A DNA stretch of 64,000 nucleotides from Spirochaetia bacterium (lineage in GTDB: Bacteria > Spirochaetota > Spirochaetia > DSM-16054 > Sediminispirochaetaceae): contig JAXHMY010000002.1 of assembly GCA_034520965.1 (NCBI GenBank), forward strand, positions 1-64,000. The letters run 5' to 3'. Shown here piece after piece: positions 1-11,483 of this stretch. Both the position numbers and the translations under genes were made by a program. The notes under the pieces are model-generated. The model was not told the DNA's origin. It saw nothing but the letters and a program-made list of their open reading frames with translations, and made no database searches. Each line of letters opens with the position of its first letter. Within the stretch, counting starts at the first letter, position 1.

Positions 1-33
1 TCTTGTGGGATGTCCTTGGCTCTAATTTAAGTA

Positions 34-669
34 TTGCTGGAGATAATTTGGGTAAACCCTTCTGAGTATCTGCAAAATGGCCGGGACACTCAAATAACCG
101 ATGAACAGTGGAAAAGGATTGGTCCTCAAATTAAGAAGGGAGATTTTCGGGAAGTTCTACGCTCTGTCTACGATTGGAAAGATCAGGCTTTCAGCAAGGA
201 GAGTAGAAAAAGGGGACAAATCGAAATACCCAATGCCTCTAGCCTAATCGAAAAGAGAACGCTCTACGGATGTCACGACGACGGTGCAGTGATGGCTGCG
301 GTTATGCGCCGAAGTGGGTATCCGGTAGTGATGGTGGAGACAGTATCTATTCAATGGGCCCGGGAGTACAAATAACGGAAATGGTCCAGCGGGCACATGT
401 TTCTAGAAATCTACAACGGGGATCGATGGGTCTTGGTAGACTCCACCAGAAGGCGCTTGGCGACGAACTATGATCCTTCAAATCCGGTGATCCCACTGTC
501 TTATCCTAATGAAGAGGCTGGCTATTATGTGCTATACAAAGGCATCGATGCTGCCTCCTACGGCATATATGACCTTGTAGAGCTGGGTGAGAGACTTCAA
601 CGCTTTGCTGCCCGAACAGACCTCTCAGAGCTTAAAATGCCTAAGTACGAGATAGATTACTTGCGGTAG
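34..669 (+). CDS. Transglutaminase-like (Cys-His-Asp) domain protein; 5' end uncertain, interrupted by an in-frame TAA at 373-375
   Basis: ORFs 34..375 and 397..669 are in the same frame (…WAREYK*RKWSSGHMFLEIY…). Motifs YGCHD, GHMFLEIY and WVLVDST match the transglutaminase-like triad. Confidence 0.7.
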
Positions 670-904
670 TTATTATTTAACTTATACTACAGTTTCTTAG
701 TATCCTACCCATATCAGGCGCACAAAAGTGAGCCAGGTATAAAGTTTCTGTTTTTCTATCTTTATTGGATATCTTTGGCATGTATGATAGAGAAATTGAA
801 TACGAAATAGGGCTCCACTCACGGCTGTTTATCCAGTTCTCTATTGGGTCGGTGATGTGACGGATATTATGGTGGGGTGGGAGGTAAAAATGGATTAGCT
901 TGTT

Positions 905-1500
905 TTAATAGTTCAGAGAAAATTGCCAGAGCTGGCTTAATGATGTTCTGTCATTTTGTAATAGTTCGAATCCGTATTCTTGATACTTTTTTATCAGTTT
1001 ATATCTAAGAAGTCAGTTAAAGATATGTCTTCAGAGGTATATTGATCATCTCTTTCAATCTGCCCAATGAGGAAAGCATTAACCAGTTCACAATCCTCAT
1101 GTTTCATTATGTTGGTCAGCCATCTTATATTCGAAGGGAAGATTTTAGGTTCTAAGAATACAGGTTTTAAGGCCAAGCTATAATAGCCTAAAATCCTTTT
1201 ATCCTTTTCTGAAATTAGCAAATATGTGCGAGTTGAGTTTTTCTTTTGAAAAGAAATACATTTTGTTCTCAAGAAATCCTGTACATCTGGATTTTTGGTA
1301 CATGCAAAAGATGAGAGGTATGAATAAGCTCGCTCTTCAGCTCTCTTAAAGATTTTCTTCTTCGCTTCTAAATTATTACGGTCTATGTAGGCAGATAAAA
1401 GTTTGCCATTAACTAAAATTTGTTGGCTATTAACGTATTGTAACTCTACTGAGTTATCATCTATGGTATTGCGTAGCTCGTCAATATAAAACTTTTGCAA
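905..1500 (-). pseudogene. Decayed GNAT-family N-acetyltransferase
   Basis: SFACTKNPDVQDFL…TRTYLL…ILGYYSLALK…AFLIGQIERD, then the C-terminal motif KLIKKYQEYGFELLQ in another frame ending at 905. The segment normally between them appears deleted. Confidence 0.6.
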
Positions 1501-1731
1501 TAAGTCCTGTAGAGAATAACGTGAAAAGCCCTCGATGAAGCACTCCTACTTTATTTATGGTTTTTTACAATAGAGTTTATCAAGTCTTCACTTGTAGTTT
1601 TGACATTTCTTTTTTCTCTAATAGGTCTATGATCCGACTTATTCTCATCGAACCTAAGACTATCCGTTTCTGTTGTGAATCGAAAGATTTCAGACTATAA
1701 TCTAAACTAACAAGAACATAGGAACTCCATT

Positions 1732-4700
1732 ATGAAGAAAAAGATTCTCCTCGTAGAAGATGAAGCCCTCATTGCAATGAATGAGGCCCAAATGCTCAAA
1801 AAGCATCGGGTATGAGGTGGTAACCGTTTATAATGGTGAGAAGGCTATCGAGGCGGTAGACTCAGACCCCGATATTGCCCTCATTCTCATGGATATCGAC
1901 CTTGGAAAAGGGATAGACGGGACAAAGGCAGCTGAGAAGATACTCGAAAGACATGATATACCAGTTGTCTTTCTCTCCTCCCACACAGAGCCGGAGATTG
2001 TTGAACGAACCGAAGGAATAACCTCCTACGGATATATAGTAAAGAACTCGGGAGAGACGGTAATTCTTGCCTCGATGAGAATGGCTTTTCGCCTTTATGA
2101 TGCACACATAAAATATAAGACACAAAAGGAACGGTACGAACAGCTCTTTACCAACATAAGTAGTGGTGTGTCCGTATATCAGGCAACTGAAAACGGAGAC
2201 GATTTTATCTTTGTTGATTTTAACAAAACGGCTGAGAAGAGTTGAGAATATCCCAAAAGAAAAAGTAGTAGGAAAGAAGGTAACTGAAGTATTTCAGGGT
2301 GTAAAAGATTTCGGATTATTGAAGTAATGCAAAGAGTGTGGCAAACAGGTAACCCCAAAGCCATTGCCAATCTCACAGTATAAAGACAAGAGAATTGTCG
2401 GATGGCGGGATAACTATGTCTATCGATTACCGACAGGTGAAATTGTTGCAGTCTATGATGATGTTACAGAACAAAAAACCACTCAGAAAAACTCGATCGA
2501 TGAAACAGAAAGTAACCTGCGCATCACCCTGAACTCGATAGGGATGCAGTTATATCCACAGATATTAATGGTAACATTGTAAGGATGAACCCGTCGGAGG
2601 AACTTACCGGTTGAACTGTAAAGAGGCAAAAGGAAAAAATCTTAATGAGCTGTTTCACCTAATTAATGCCGATACTCGTGAGATTGTCGATAACCCCGCA
2701 GAAAAAGTAATACAGACCGGTGAGATTGTAGGATTGGCAAAACATACAGTGCTTATATCTAAAGATGGACATGAGTACCAGATAGCCGACAGTGCTGCAC
2801 CTATTAAGGATGATGAGGGAAATACCAGTGGAGTTGTGCTTGTTTTTAGAGACGTAACCGAGGAGTACAGAAAAGATAGGCAATTACAAGAGCGTGTCAA
2901 AGAACTTGATTGCCTATATAAAATAGTAGAGATTGTAGAGAAGCCTAATATTTCTTTGGATAAAATCCTACAACAGACTGCAGAAGCGATTCCTCATTCT
3001 TGGCAATACCCGGATATTTGTGAGTGCAGAATCACCTTAGATGGCGAAAGATTCCAAACCAGTAACTTCTTCGATACAAAATGGAAACTAAGTAGCGATA
3101 TTATTGTTAAGGATGTTGTATCTGGAAAAGTCGAAGTTTCTTATCTTAATGAAACGCTCACTATTTATGAAGGTCCATTTTTAAAAGAAGAGCGTAAACT
3201 CATTAATGCTATTGCAGAACACTTAGGTCGGGTAATAGAGCGCAAGCAAGCAGAAGAGAAGTTGCGTTCAATTGAATGGATGCTCTCGAATAAAACCACA
3301 AGCGAAGGTGAATACATACCCGAGTATGGGGATTTGAGCGAGCTGAACAAAGACGGTCTTATTTTGCATTCTGTGGGAAAAGAGCAGCTTAAAGATACTG
3401 CATCGGAGTACCTCGACCTATTGGAGACTTCCACGGCTATCTATGAAAAAAACGGCGATTACGCCCTGGGAGTATTTACATCGGGCTGGTGCCAATTGAT
3501 GGACTCAGCTTCACGAAGACTCTGCAATAACAAAGGTAACAAAGAAGCTCTGGAGAGTGGTAAATGGCTGTGCCATGAATCCTGTTGGGAAGATGCTGCC
3601 CTTGCCATGGAGGAAGACAGACCGGTAGAGATCGAGTGTCACGGAGGGATCAGGATGTACGCAGTTCCTATCCGTGCCGATGGTGAGGTCGTAGGGGCGG
3701 TAAACTTCGGTTACGGCTCCCCTCCGACAGATGAGGAAGAATTGAGAACCCTTTCACAAAAATATAACATTCCTATTGATGAGTTAAAACAAAAAGCGAG
3801 AGGCTACAAACCGCGTCCTCAATTCCTCATCGATTATGCGAAAGAGCGTATTCAAATAGTTTCTAAAAATCTGGGGCATCTTATAGAGAGAGAACGACAA
3901 AAAAAAGAAATCGAGCAAGAGAGAGTTTTTCTCTCTTCAGTACTGGACACCATAGAAGAGGCAATCATAATTTGTGATGAGTCCGGCAGAATAAATAGAT
4001 TTAATGAGGCGGCCCGTCGCCTACACGGACTTCCCGAAGTACCTATCCCAAGCCACCGATGGGCAGATTACTACGACCTCTATACTCCAGATGGAACCGA
4101 AGCACTTCAAGAAGAAGATGTCCCCCTTTTCCGGGCTTTTAAAGGCGAGGATGTAAAGGAGCAGAAATTCTCGTCAAACCCAAAAACAGTCAGTCACGAT
4201 TATTGACGTGCAACGGACATCAACTACAAAATTCTGAAGGTAAAAAGATTGGTGCGGTCATCGCTATGCATGACATAACCGAATACAGAGAGGCCCTTAA
4301 GGAAAAAGACTTCCTTATGAAAGAACTTAACCACAGAGTAAAAAACAACCTTGCCATGGTCTCCTCTCTAATCAGCTTAAAAAACTTTGAAACAGAGATA
4401 GACCTCTCCGACATACAGCACCAAATAGAGGCCATAGGCCTTGTCCATGAAAAACTCTACAAAACCGATAGCGTAACAGAGATTAATTGCGTGGATTACT
4501 TTGATGACCTCCTTAATTCAATCTTCTCCTCATTTACGACACGGGATGTGGGGATAGAAAAAGATATAGACGATATGTATGTCTCTACAAAAACTGCTGT
4601 TTCCTTCGGGCTCATTATTAACGAGATAGCCACAAATGCAATAAAACACGGTTTCACTGACAAAGAAGAGGCGGTCTTTACAATAGAAATGAAAAAGGAC

Positions 4701-4892
4701 AAAGAGAATAATCAGTACGAAATTACCCTTTCGAATACCGGGAACCCTTTCCCGGAAGATGTAGATATTGAAAGCAGCGAAACTCTTGGACTGCGGTTGA
4801 TAAATGCCTTAGTTGACCAAATAGAAGGTACTATAGAACTGCAGAAGAAGCCAAATCCCGTGTTTACTATAAGGTTTCCGATTTTAAGCTAA
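1732..4892 (+). CDS. Hybrid sensor histidine kinase 1 (REC-PAS-PAS-GAF-like-PocR-PAS-HisKA_2-HATPase), frameshifted in this sequence
   Basis: ATG 1732 MKKKILLVEDE, LMDIDL receiver, PAS/PAC motifs, Cys-rich PocR-like block (GWCQLM…CHESC…CHGG), H-box ELNHRVKNNL and NEIATNAIKHG. Pieces lie in ORFs 1781, 2364, 2611 and 4203. Confidence 0.85.
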
Positions 4893-5142
4893 ACTTGCCG
4901 ATATTCATTTCCGTTTACTGACAGAAAGTCTTCCATATTCTGCCAGCTGATTACGGCGCAACTACTCAGTCAAATCATGTATTCCTGCACTTTTCATGCT
5001 CTATGAGCGTAATCTCCTGCTTTACCGCCCTCAAAGGAAAAATAGAATGATAATATTGGATATAATAGAGTAATATTACTCTTGTTATATTACGTCATAA
5101 GTAATAAAATATAAACAGATATTCGATTTAAGCAGGTAAACT
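4891..5142. repeat. Conserved intergenic spacer, copy 1
   Basis: Aligns along its length with 8100-8351 (aaacttgccgat…ccatattctgccagctgat…tattactcttgttatattacgt). Confidence 0.9.
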
Positions 5143-8038
5143 ATGACAAAAAAGATTCTACTTGTCGAAGATGAAGCAATTATTGCCATGAATCAGGCTC
5201 AAATTCTCAAAAAACACGGCTATGAGATTGTTACTGTCCACAATGGCGAGAAGGCTATAGAAGCGGTAGATTCAGATCCGGATATTTCCCTCATTTTAAT
5301 GGATATCGACCTGGGAAAGGGGATGGACGGGACGAAAGCAACCGAAAAGATACTTTCCCGCCATGAACTGCCAATTGTATTCCTCACAAGTCATTCTGAA
5401 AAAGAGATGGTTGATAGAGTAAAGGGAATTACCCGGTATGGCTATGTACTCAAGAACTCCGGTGAGTTTGTCCTTATAGAATCCATAAATATGGCTTATG
5501 AACTTTTCGAGGCTCATAGTGAAGTACAAGAGAGAGAGAAGAGATACAAATCCATATTTTATAATTCTCACTCTCCGATGATGCTTATAGAACCGGCAAC
5601 AGGAAACATAGTCGATGTAAATCCGTCTGCCTCTGAGTTTTATGGCTGGCCTCGGGTAGTCCTTTCCAATATGAAGGTACAAGATATCAATCAACTGAGT
5701 CATGAAGAAGTATTAAAGGAAATGGAGAGAGCACGGGAAGAAGAACGGAATGTATTCTATTTCAAGCACAAGCTATCAGATGGATCAATAAAAGATGTAG
5801 AAGTACGATCCAGTCCAATATCTGTTAAGGGCAAGCAACTTCTTTATTCCATAATACAAGATATAACCGAAAAGACCATTGCAGTAGAAAATCTCAGAAA
5901 AAGTGAAGAGCAATTTCGTGCAATTGTAGAAGAAAACCCTGAACCTCTTTTTATTCAAACAGAAATGAAATTTGCATATCTAAATCCTGCAGCACTAAAG
6001 CTCTTTGGTGCGAATACAGCTTCTGATTTGATAGGCACTCCAGTCATGGATCGGTTTCATCCTGACTTTCACTCTGCAGTATCAGAACGAATAAACAGTC
6101 TAAACGAAGAAAGAAAAACTGTACATAATATGAATCAAATCTATTTAAAGAGTGGACGGCACGCCTGTATGGGTCGAAACGATAGGAATCCCAATAGAGT
6201 TCCAGGACAAACAAGGTGCTATAGTATCTGTGCGTAATATTTCTGATAGAAAACAAAAAGAGAAGCAATTAAAGAAGAGTGAAAAAAACCTTCGTATAAC
6301 CCTCAACTCAATAGGTGATGCAGTTATATCCACAGATATGGAAGGTAACATTGTAAGGATGAATCCCGTAGCGGAGGAACTTACCGGTTGGTCTATAAAA
6401 AAGGCAAAAGGAAGAAAACTGAATGAAATTTTTTACATCATAAATTCTTATTCTTGCCAACCAGTCGATAATCCTGTAGAAAAAGTTATACAAACTGGTG
6501 AGATTGTAGGACTGGCAAACCACACCGCACTTATCTCTAAAGATCGAACGGAATATCAAATAGCCGACAGTGCTTCACCTATTAAGGACGATGAAGGAAA
6601 TATCAATGGGGTTGTACTTGTCTTCAGGGATGTTACTGAAAAATATATTAGAGAACGTCAGTTGAAGGAAAGTGAAGAGAAATATAAATCACTTTTCAAT
6701 GATTCACCAGTAAACATCACAGTACATGACAAAGACACAGGTGAAGTTGTTGATGCAAATAAGGTTGCATATACATCATACGGGTATGAAAGTTTATCCG
6801 TATTTAAAGAGAATGATTTTTGGATGGAACCACCATACTCTTTTAATTATGCCCTTGAGTGGATTCATAAAGCAGCAAGTGAAGGTATTCAAAATTTTGA
6901 ATGGAAAAATAGAAAAGCATCTGGGGAAGTTTTTTGGGAGTATGTCACGTTAAGACCGATTACTATCAATGGTATGGAAAGAGTTTTCGCAACTGCCATA
7001 GACATTACCGAACGAAAACAGGCAGAGGAGGCGCTAAAGGCCAGCCGTGACCTGTTGAATGCCACCCAGAGGATTGCCCAAGTAGGTGGGTGGGAATGGG
7101 ATGTGGCGGGGCAGACAATAACATGGGCCGACCAGACTTATCTTATCCACGGGTTCAAGCCGGGCGAGTTCGCGGCGGGTTCACCGAGCATATCCAGCGC
7201 AGCCTCGCGTGCTACGATCCGGATGACCGACCAAAGATCGATGAGGCTTTTCGGAAATGTGTGGAAGAAGGCGAGGCCTATACTCTCGAGCTCCCTCTTA
7301 CCACATCTCAGAGGACGTCGGATTTGGGTTCAGACCTCGGCGCAAGCTGTTTTAGATAAGGGGCGCGTTGTCAAGGTACAAGGTCACATCATGGACATCA
7401 CCGACCGCAAGCAGGCGGAAGATAAACTTCGAGATGCACTCAAAGAAAAAGAGTTCCTCATGAGAGAGCTCAACCATAGGGTGAAAAATAACCTTGCCAT
7501 GGTCTCTTCTCTGATCAATCTAAAAGACTCGGAAACCGAGAGTGATTTATCCGACTTAAAACACAGAATAGATGTAATCAAGTTAGTCCATGAGAAACTC
7601 CATCAGCACAATGATGTAGAACATATTGAGGTAAAAGAATACTTTCAGGAGCTTTTAGAATCGATATTTTATTCTACTTCAAGATGGACTGTTCAAATAA
7701 CCAATACCATTGAAGATGTAAGTATTCCCACCAAAACTGCTATTCCATTAGGACTGGTTGTAAATGAAATTGCCACAAATGCAGTAAAATATGGGTTTAC
7801 CGAGTATGAAGAAGCACAATTTTCTGTGGATATGAGAAAAGACACTGATAGTAAGCACTACACACTCACCCTATCGAATACTGGTAATCCATTTCCAGAA
7901 GAGATAGAACTGGAAAACCCGGAAACAATGGGTCTACAGTTGGTATCTACTTTAGTGGCTCAGTTGAACGGTACTATCGAACTACAGAAAACTCCTAACC
8001 CAGTGTTTACTATAAGGTTTCCGATAGGAGAGGAATAG
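5143..8038 (+). CDS. Hybrid sensor histidine kinase 2 (REC-multiple PAS-HisKA_2-HATPase), frameshifted
   Basis: ORFs 5143..6237 and 6152..8038, with a local double frameshift near 7190-7310. N-terminal receiver domain, about five PAS/PAC units, ELNHRVKNNL. Confidence 0.87.
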
Positions 8039-8099
8039 GTGGCAGATAGAATCGGAGATAATCTTGTTCCCCGCCAGGAGAATTTTCCGAATCAAAGTT

Positions 8100-8351
8100 A
8101 AACTTGCCGATACTCATTTCCGTTTACTGACATAAAGTCTTCCATATTCTGCCAGCTGATCACGGCGCAACTATTCAGTCAAATAATGTATTCCTGCACT
8201 TTTAATATCATATGAGCGGAATCGCTTGCCTTACCGCACTTAAAGAAAACATAGAATCTTACTTTTAGATATAGTAGAGAAATATTACTCTTGTTATATT
8301 ACGTTATCAGTAATCAAATAAACATAGATTTTCTATTTAAGAAGGTGCGCT
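8100..8351. repeat. Conserved intergenic spacer, copy 2
   Basis: Direct repeat of 4891-5142. Confidence 0.9.
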
Positions 8352-11300
8352 ATGACAAAAAAGATTCTCCTCGTAGAAGATGAAGCCCTCATTGCAATGA
8401 ATGAAGCACAGATGCTCAAAAAACACGGGTATGAGGTAGTTACCGTTTACAATGGTGAGAATGCTATCGAGGCGGTAGAGCAAGACCCCGAAATCTCTCT
8501 CATCCTCATGGACATTGACCTCGGAAAGGGGATGGACGGGACCGAGGCGGCCGAGAAAATTCTGAATAAGAAGGATATTCCCATTGTTTTTCTCTCCTCT
8601 CATACAGAACTCGAAGTAGTTGAGAAGACGGAGAAGATTACGTCCTATGGGTACGTCGTGAAAAATTCGAACCCGACCGTTCTCGATGCGTCGGTTAAGA
8701 TGGCCTTCAAGCTATTCGAAGCGAACCGGAAAGCCATTGAAGAATTGAGCCAGCGAAAATTGCTTGAAACCGCTCTGGAAAAACGATTGATCGCGCTGAC
8801 CCGCCCACTCGATCAGATGGAGCAGGTTTCTTTCTTTGATCTTTTTGACATCACTGCAATTCAACGAATTCAGGATCAATTTTCAAAAGCGACCAATGTG
8901 GCATCCATAATCACTTTGCCCGATGGAACCCCGGTAACAGAACCAAGCAACTTTACCTATCTATGCAGTGAGATAGTCCGCAAGAACAAAAAGGGATGCG
9001 CCAACTGTTTTAAATCTGATGCCGCACTGGGGAGAATGAATGAAGAAGGTCCCATTATCCAGCCATGTCTCAGCGGCGGGCTTTGGGACGCCGGGGCCAG
9101 TATCACCGTGGGGAGTCAGCATATTGCCAACTGGCTTATCGGGCAAGTCAGGGACGAAACTCAAACAGAAGAAAGCATTCTGCGATATGCGCGGGAAATC
9201 GAGGCGGATGAAACAGAATTGCTGAAGGCCTTTCGTGATGTTCCTTCAATGAAGCTGGACCAGTTTACCGCTATCGCCCAGGCGGTGTTTTCCTTTGCAA
9301 ACCAGCTGTCCGACATAGCGTATCAGAATGTGCAACAAGCGCGGTTTATCACCGAGCGCAAGCAGGCCGAAGAAAAATTGCTTCAAAGAGAGCAACACTA
9401 CCGCCTCATCTATAACAGCTTGAGGGACGCACTTATTATAGTAAACAATAACAGGGAGATAACAGACTGCAATACTGCTTTTACTGAGCTTTTTGGATAT
9501 ACCCTGTCGGAAGTAAAGGGAAAAAAAACGGATATTCTGTTTGCTTCAGAAGATGAGTATGAGCAATTAGGCCGCATGATGCAGAAACAAGGTGAAAATA
9601 CCGATTTTATATATCAGTCCATCTACCGTAAAAAAACTGGTGAGACCTTTTGGGGAGAGAAGAAATTACAGTATTTGATAGATGAGAATGGAAAACCGGT
9701 GGGATTCATAGGAGTTATTAGGGATATTACCAAGCGCAAGAACGCCGAAGAGGCACTACGTAAAAGTGAAAAAAAGAACTCTGCAATATTACTTGCTCTG
9801 CCCGACCTTATGTTTATTCATGACAGCGCCGGAACATATCTCGATTATTATGCATCAAATGTAGATTATTTGTATGTGCAGCCGGAGCGGTTTATCGGAC
9901 AAAAGATGCAGGATGTATTGCCTCAAGAGGTTTCTCAACACTTGTTTCCTTTAATAGAAAAGACACTCTCCACAAAAGAAGTCCAGTTAGGTGAATATGA
10001 ACTAACCATATCGGGAGAGAAAAGAACCTTTGAGGCACGATTTTCTCCATTCGATGAGAACAAGGTAATATCAATTAGGAGGGACATTACTGAACAGAAA
10101 AAATTCGAGGAGGAGTTAAAAGAGAAAAAAGAACTCCTGCAAAACATCACCGACAATATAACTGATTTGGTTGCTTTAACAGATAAAAATGGCATCTTCA
10201 AATATGTGTGCTCTTCTCACAACTTTTTAGGATATGAGTCCTATTATTTATTATTTAAAAATGTACTTGATTTCGTTCATCCTGAAGATATTGAACGAAT
10301 AGAAAAATCCTTAGCTGAATGGAAGAAAATTAAAGAGTCTCAACGCAAAGAGGAATTTCGGTATCGCTGTGCCGATGGTAGTTATATATGGGTAGAGACT
10401 GTTGGAAAGAAGCTCCTCGACGTGAACGGAGAGATAAAGGAAATAATTTTTAGTTCCAGAGATATTACTGAAAGAAAAAATTACGATAAAGCACTGAGTA
10501 AAGAGCAACATTACTTTAAATCCATACTAAATTCTCTTCCTGATACGGTGTACTTTAAGGATAAGGATCACAGATTTACACGGGTAAATAGAGCAAAGTT
10601 AAAAGAAGTTGCTTCCACCTACGAGGATATAATCGGAAAGACGGATTTCGATTTTTTCCCGGAGAAGCTGGCACAAAAATGTTTGGCCGATGATGAGTAT
10701 GTTCTGAATACCGGTAAGTCGATTATCCACAAAGAAGAGGAAATAGTCTCGAATAAAAACAGAAAAGTAGTTTTAGTTTCAAAATTTCCACTAAAAGATG
10801 AGAATGAAAACATCATTGGTACTATGGGAATATCATCGAATATATCAGAACTTAAAGAGACCGAAGAAAAACTGCAAGATTCCTTAAAAGAAAAAGAGTT
10901 CCTCATGAAAGAGCTCAACCACAGAGTAAAAAACAATCTTCTCATGGTCTCATCTCTTATCAGCCTAAAGGACTCGGAGACAGAGATAGACCTCTCCGAC
11001 ATACAGCACCAAATAGAGGCCATCGGCCTTATCCACGAAAAACTCTACCAAACTGAGAACGTTGCAGAGATTAGTTGCCGGGATTACTTCGATGACTTGC
11101 TCAATTCAATCTTCTCCTCATTCACGACACGCGATGTGAGGATAGAAAAGGATATAGACGATATGTATGTCTCTATAAAAACTGCTGTTTCCTTCGGACT
11201 CATTATGAACGAGATGGCCACAAATGCAATAAAACACGGGTTTACAGACAAAGAAGAGGCGGTCTTTACAATAGAAATGAAGAAGGACACAGAGAATAAT

Positions 11301-11483
11301 CAGTACGAAATTACCCTTACGAATACGGGTAATCCATTCCCCGAGGATATAGACATTGAAAGCACTGACACCCTTGGCTTACGGTTGATTAATGCGTTAG
11401 TAGCTCAGTTGGACGGCACTATAGAACTTCAGAAGAGTCCAAAACCTGTGTTTACTATAAGATTTCCGATAGGAGAGGAATAG
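8352..11483 (+). CDS. Hybrid sensor histidine kinase 3 (REC-PocR-4xPAS-HisKA_2-HATPase), intact, 1043 aa
   Basis: Single ORF. Receiver LMDIDL, PocR block (IQDQFSKATNV…CANCFKSD…CLSGGLWD), PAS repeats, H-box ELNHRVKNNL. Confidence 0.92.
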   Translation: MTKKILLVEDEALIAMNEAQMLKKHGYEVVTVYNGENAIEAVEQDPEISLILMDIDLGKGMDGTEAAEKILNKKDIPIVFLSSHTELEVVEKTEKITSYGYVVKNSNPTVLDASVKMAFKLFEANRKAIEELSQRKLLETALEKRLIALTRPLDQMEQVSFFDLFDITAIQRIQDQFSKATNVASIITLPDGTPVTEPSNFTYLCSEIVRKNKKGCANCFKSDAALGRMNEEGPIIQPCLSGGLWDAGASITVGSQHIANWLIGQVRDETQTEESILRYAREIEADETELLKAFRDVPSMKLDQFTAIAQAVFSFANQLSDIAYQNVQQARFITERKQAEEKLLQREQHYRLIYNSLRDALIIVNNNREITDCNTAFTELFGYTLSEVKGKKTDILFASEDEYEQLGRMMQKQGENTDFIYQSIYRKKTGETFWGEKKLQYLIDENGKPVGFIGVIRDITKRKNAEEALRKSEKKNSAILLALPDLMFIHDSAGTYLDYYASNVDYLYVQPERFIGQKMQDVLPQEVSQHLFPLIEKTLSTKEVQLGEYELTISGEKRTFEARFSPFDENKVISIRRDITEQKKFEEELKEKKELLQNITDNITDLVALTDKNGIFKYVCSSHNFLGYESYYLLFKNVLDFVHPEDIERIEKSLAEWKKIKESQRKEEFRYRCADGSYIWVETVGKKLLDVNGEIKEIIFSSRDITERKNYDKALSKEQHYFKSILNSLPDTVYFKDKDHRFTRVNRAKLKEVASTYEDIIGKTDFDFFPEKLAQKCLADDEYVLNTGKSIIHKEEEIVSNKNRKVVLVSKFPLKDENENIIGTMGISSNISELKETEEKLQDSLKEKEFLMKELNHRVKNNLLMVSSLISLKDSETEIDLSDIQHQIEAIGLIHEKLYQTENVAEISCRDYFDDLLNSIFSSFTTRDVRIEKDIDDMYVSIKTAVSFGLIMNEMATNAIKHGFTDKEEAVFTIEMKKDTENNQYEITLTNTGNPFPEDIDIESTDTLGLRLINALVAQLDGTIELQKSPKPVFTIRFPIGEE

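Noticed and set aside
8090..8110. GTTAAAC in the spacer as an integron attC core site
   Set aside because: The other two copies have GCTAAAC, no matching inverse core or attC hairpin is evident, and no integron integrase is in the window.
4891..8351. Spacer repeats as a CRISPR array or DGR template/variable repeats
   Set aside because: There are only two full copies about 3 kb apart, mismatches are not obviously restricted to adenines, and no cas or reverse transcriptase gene is present.
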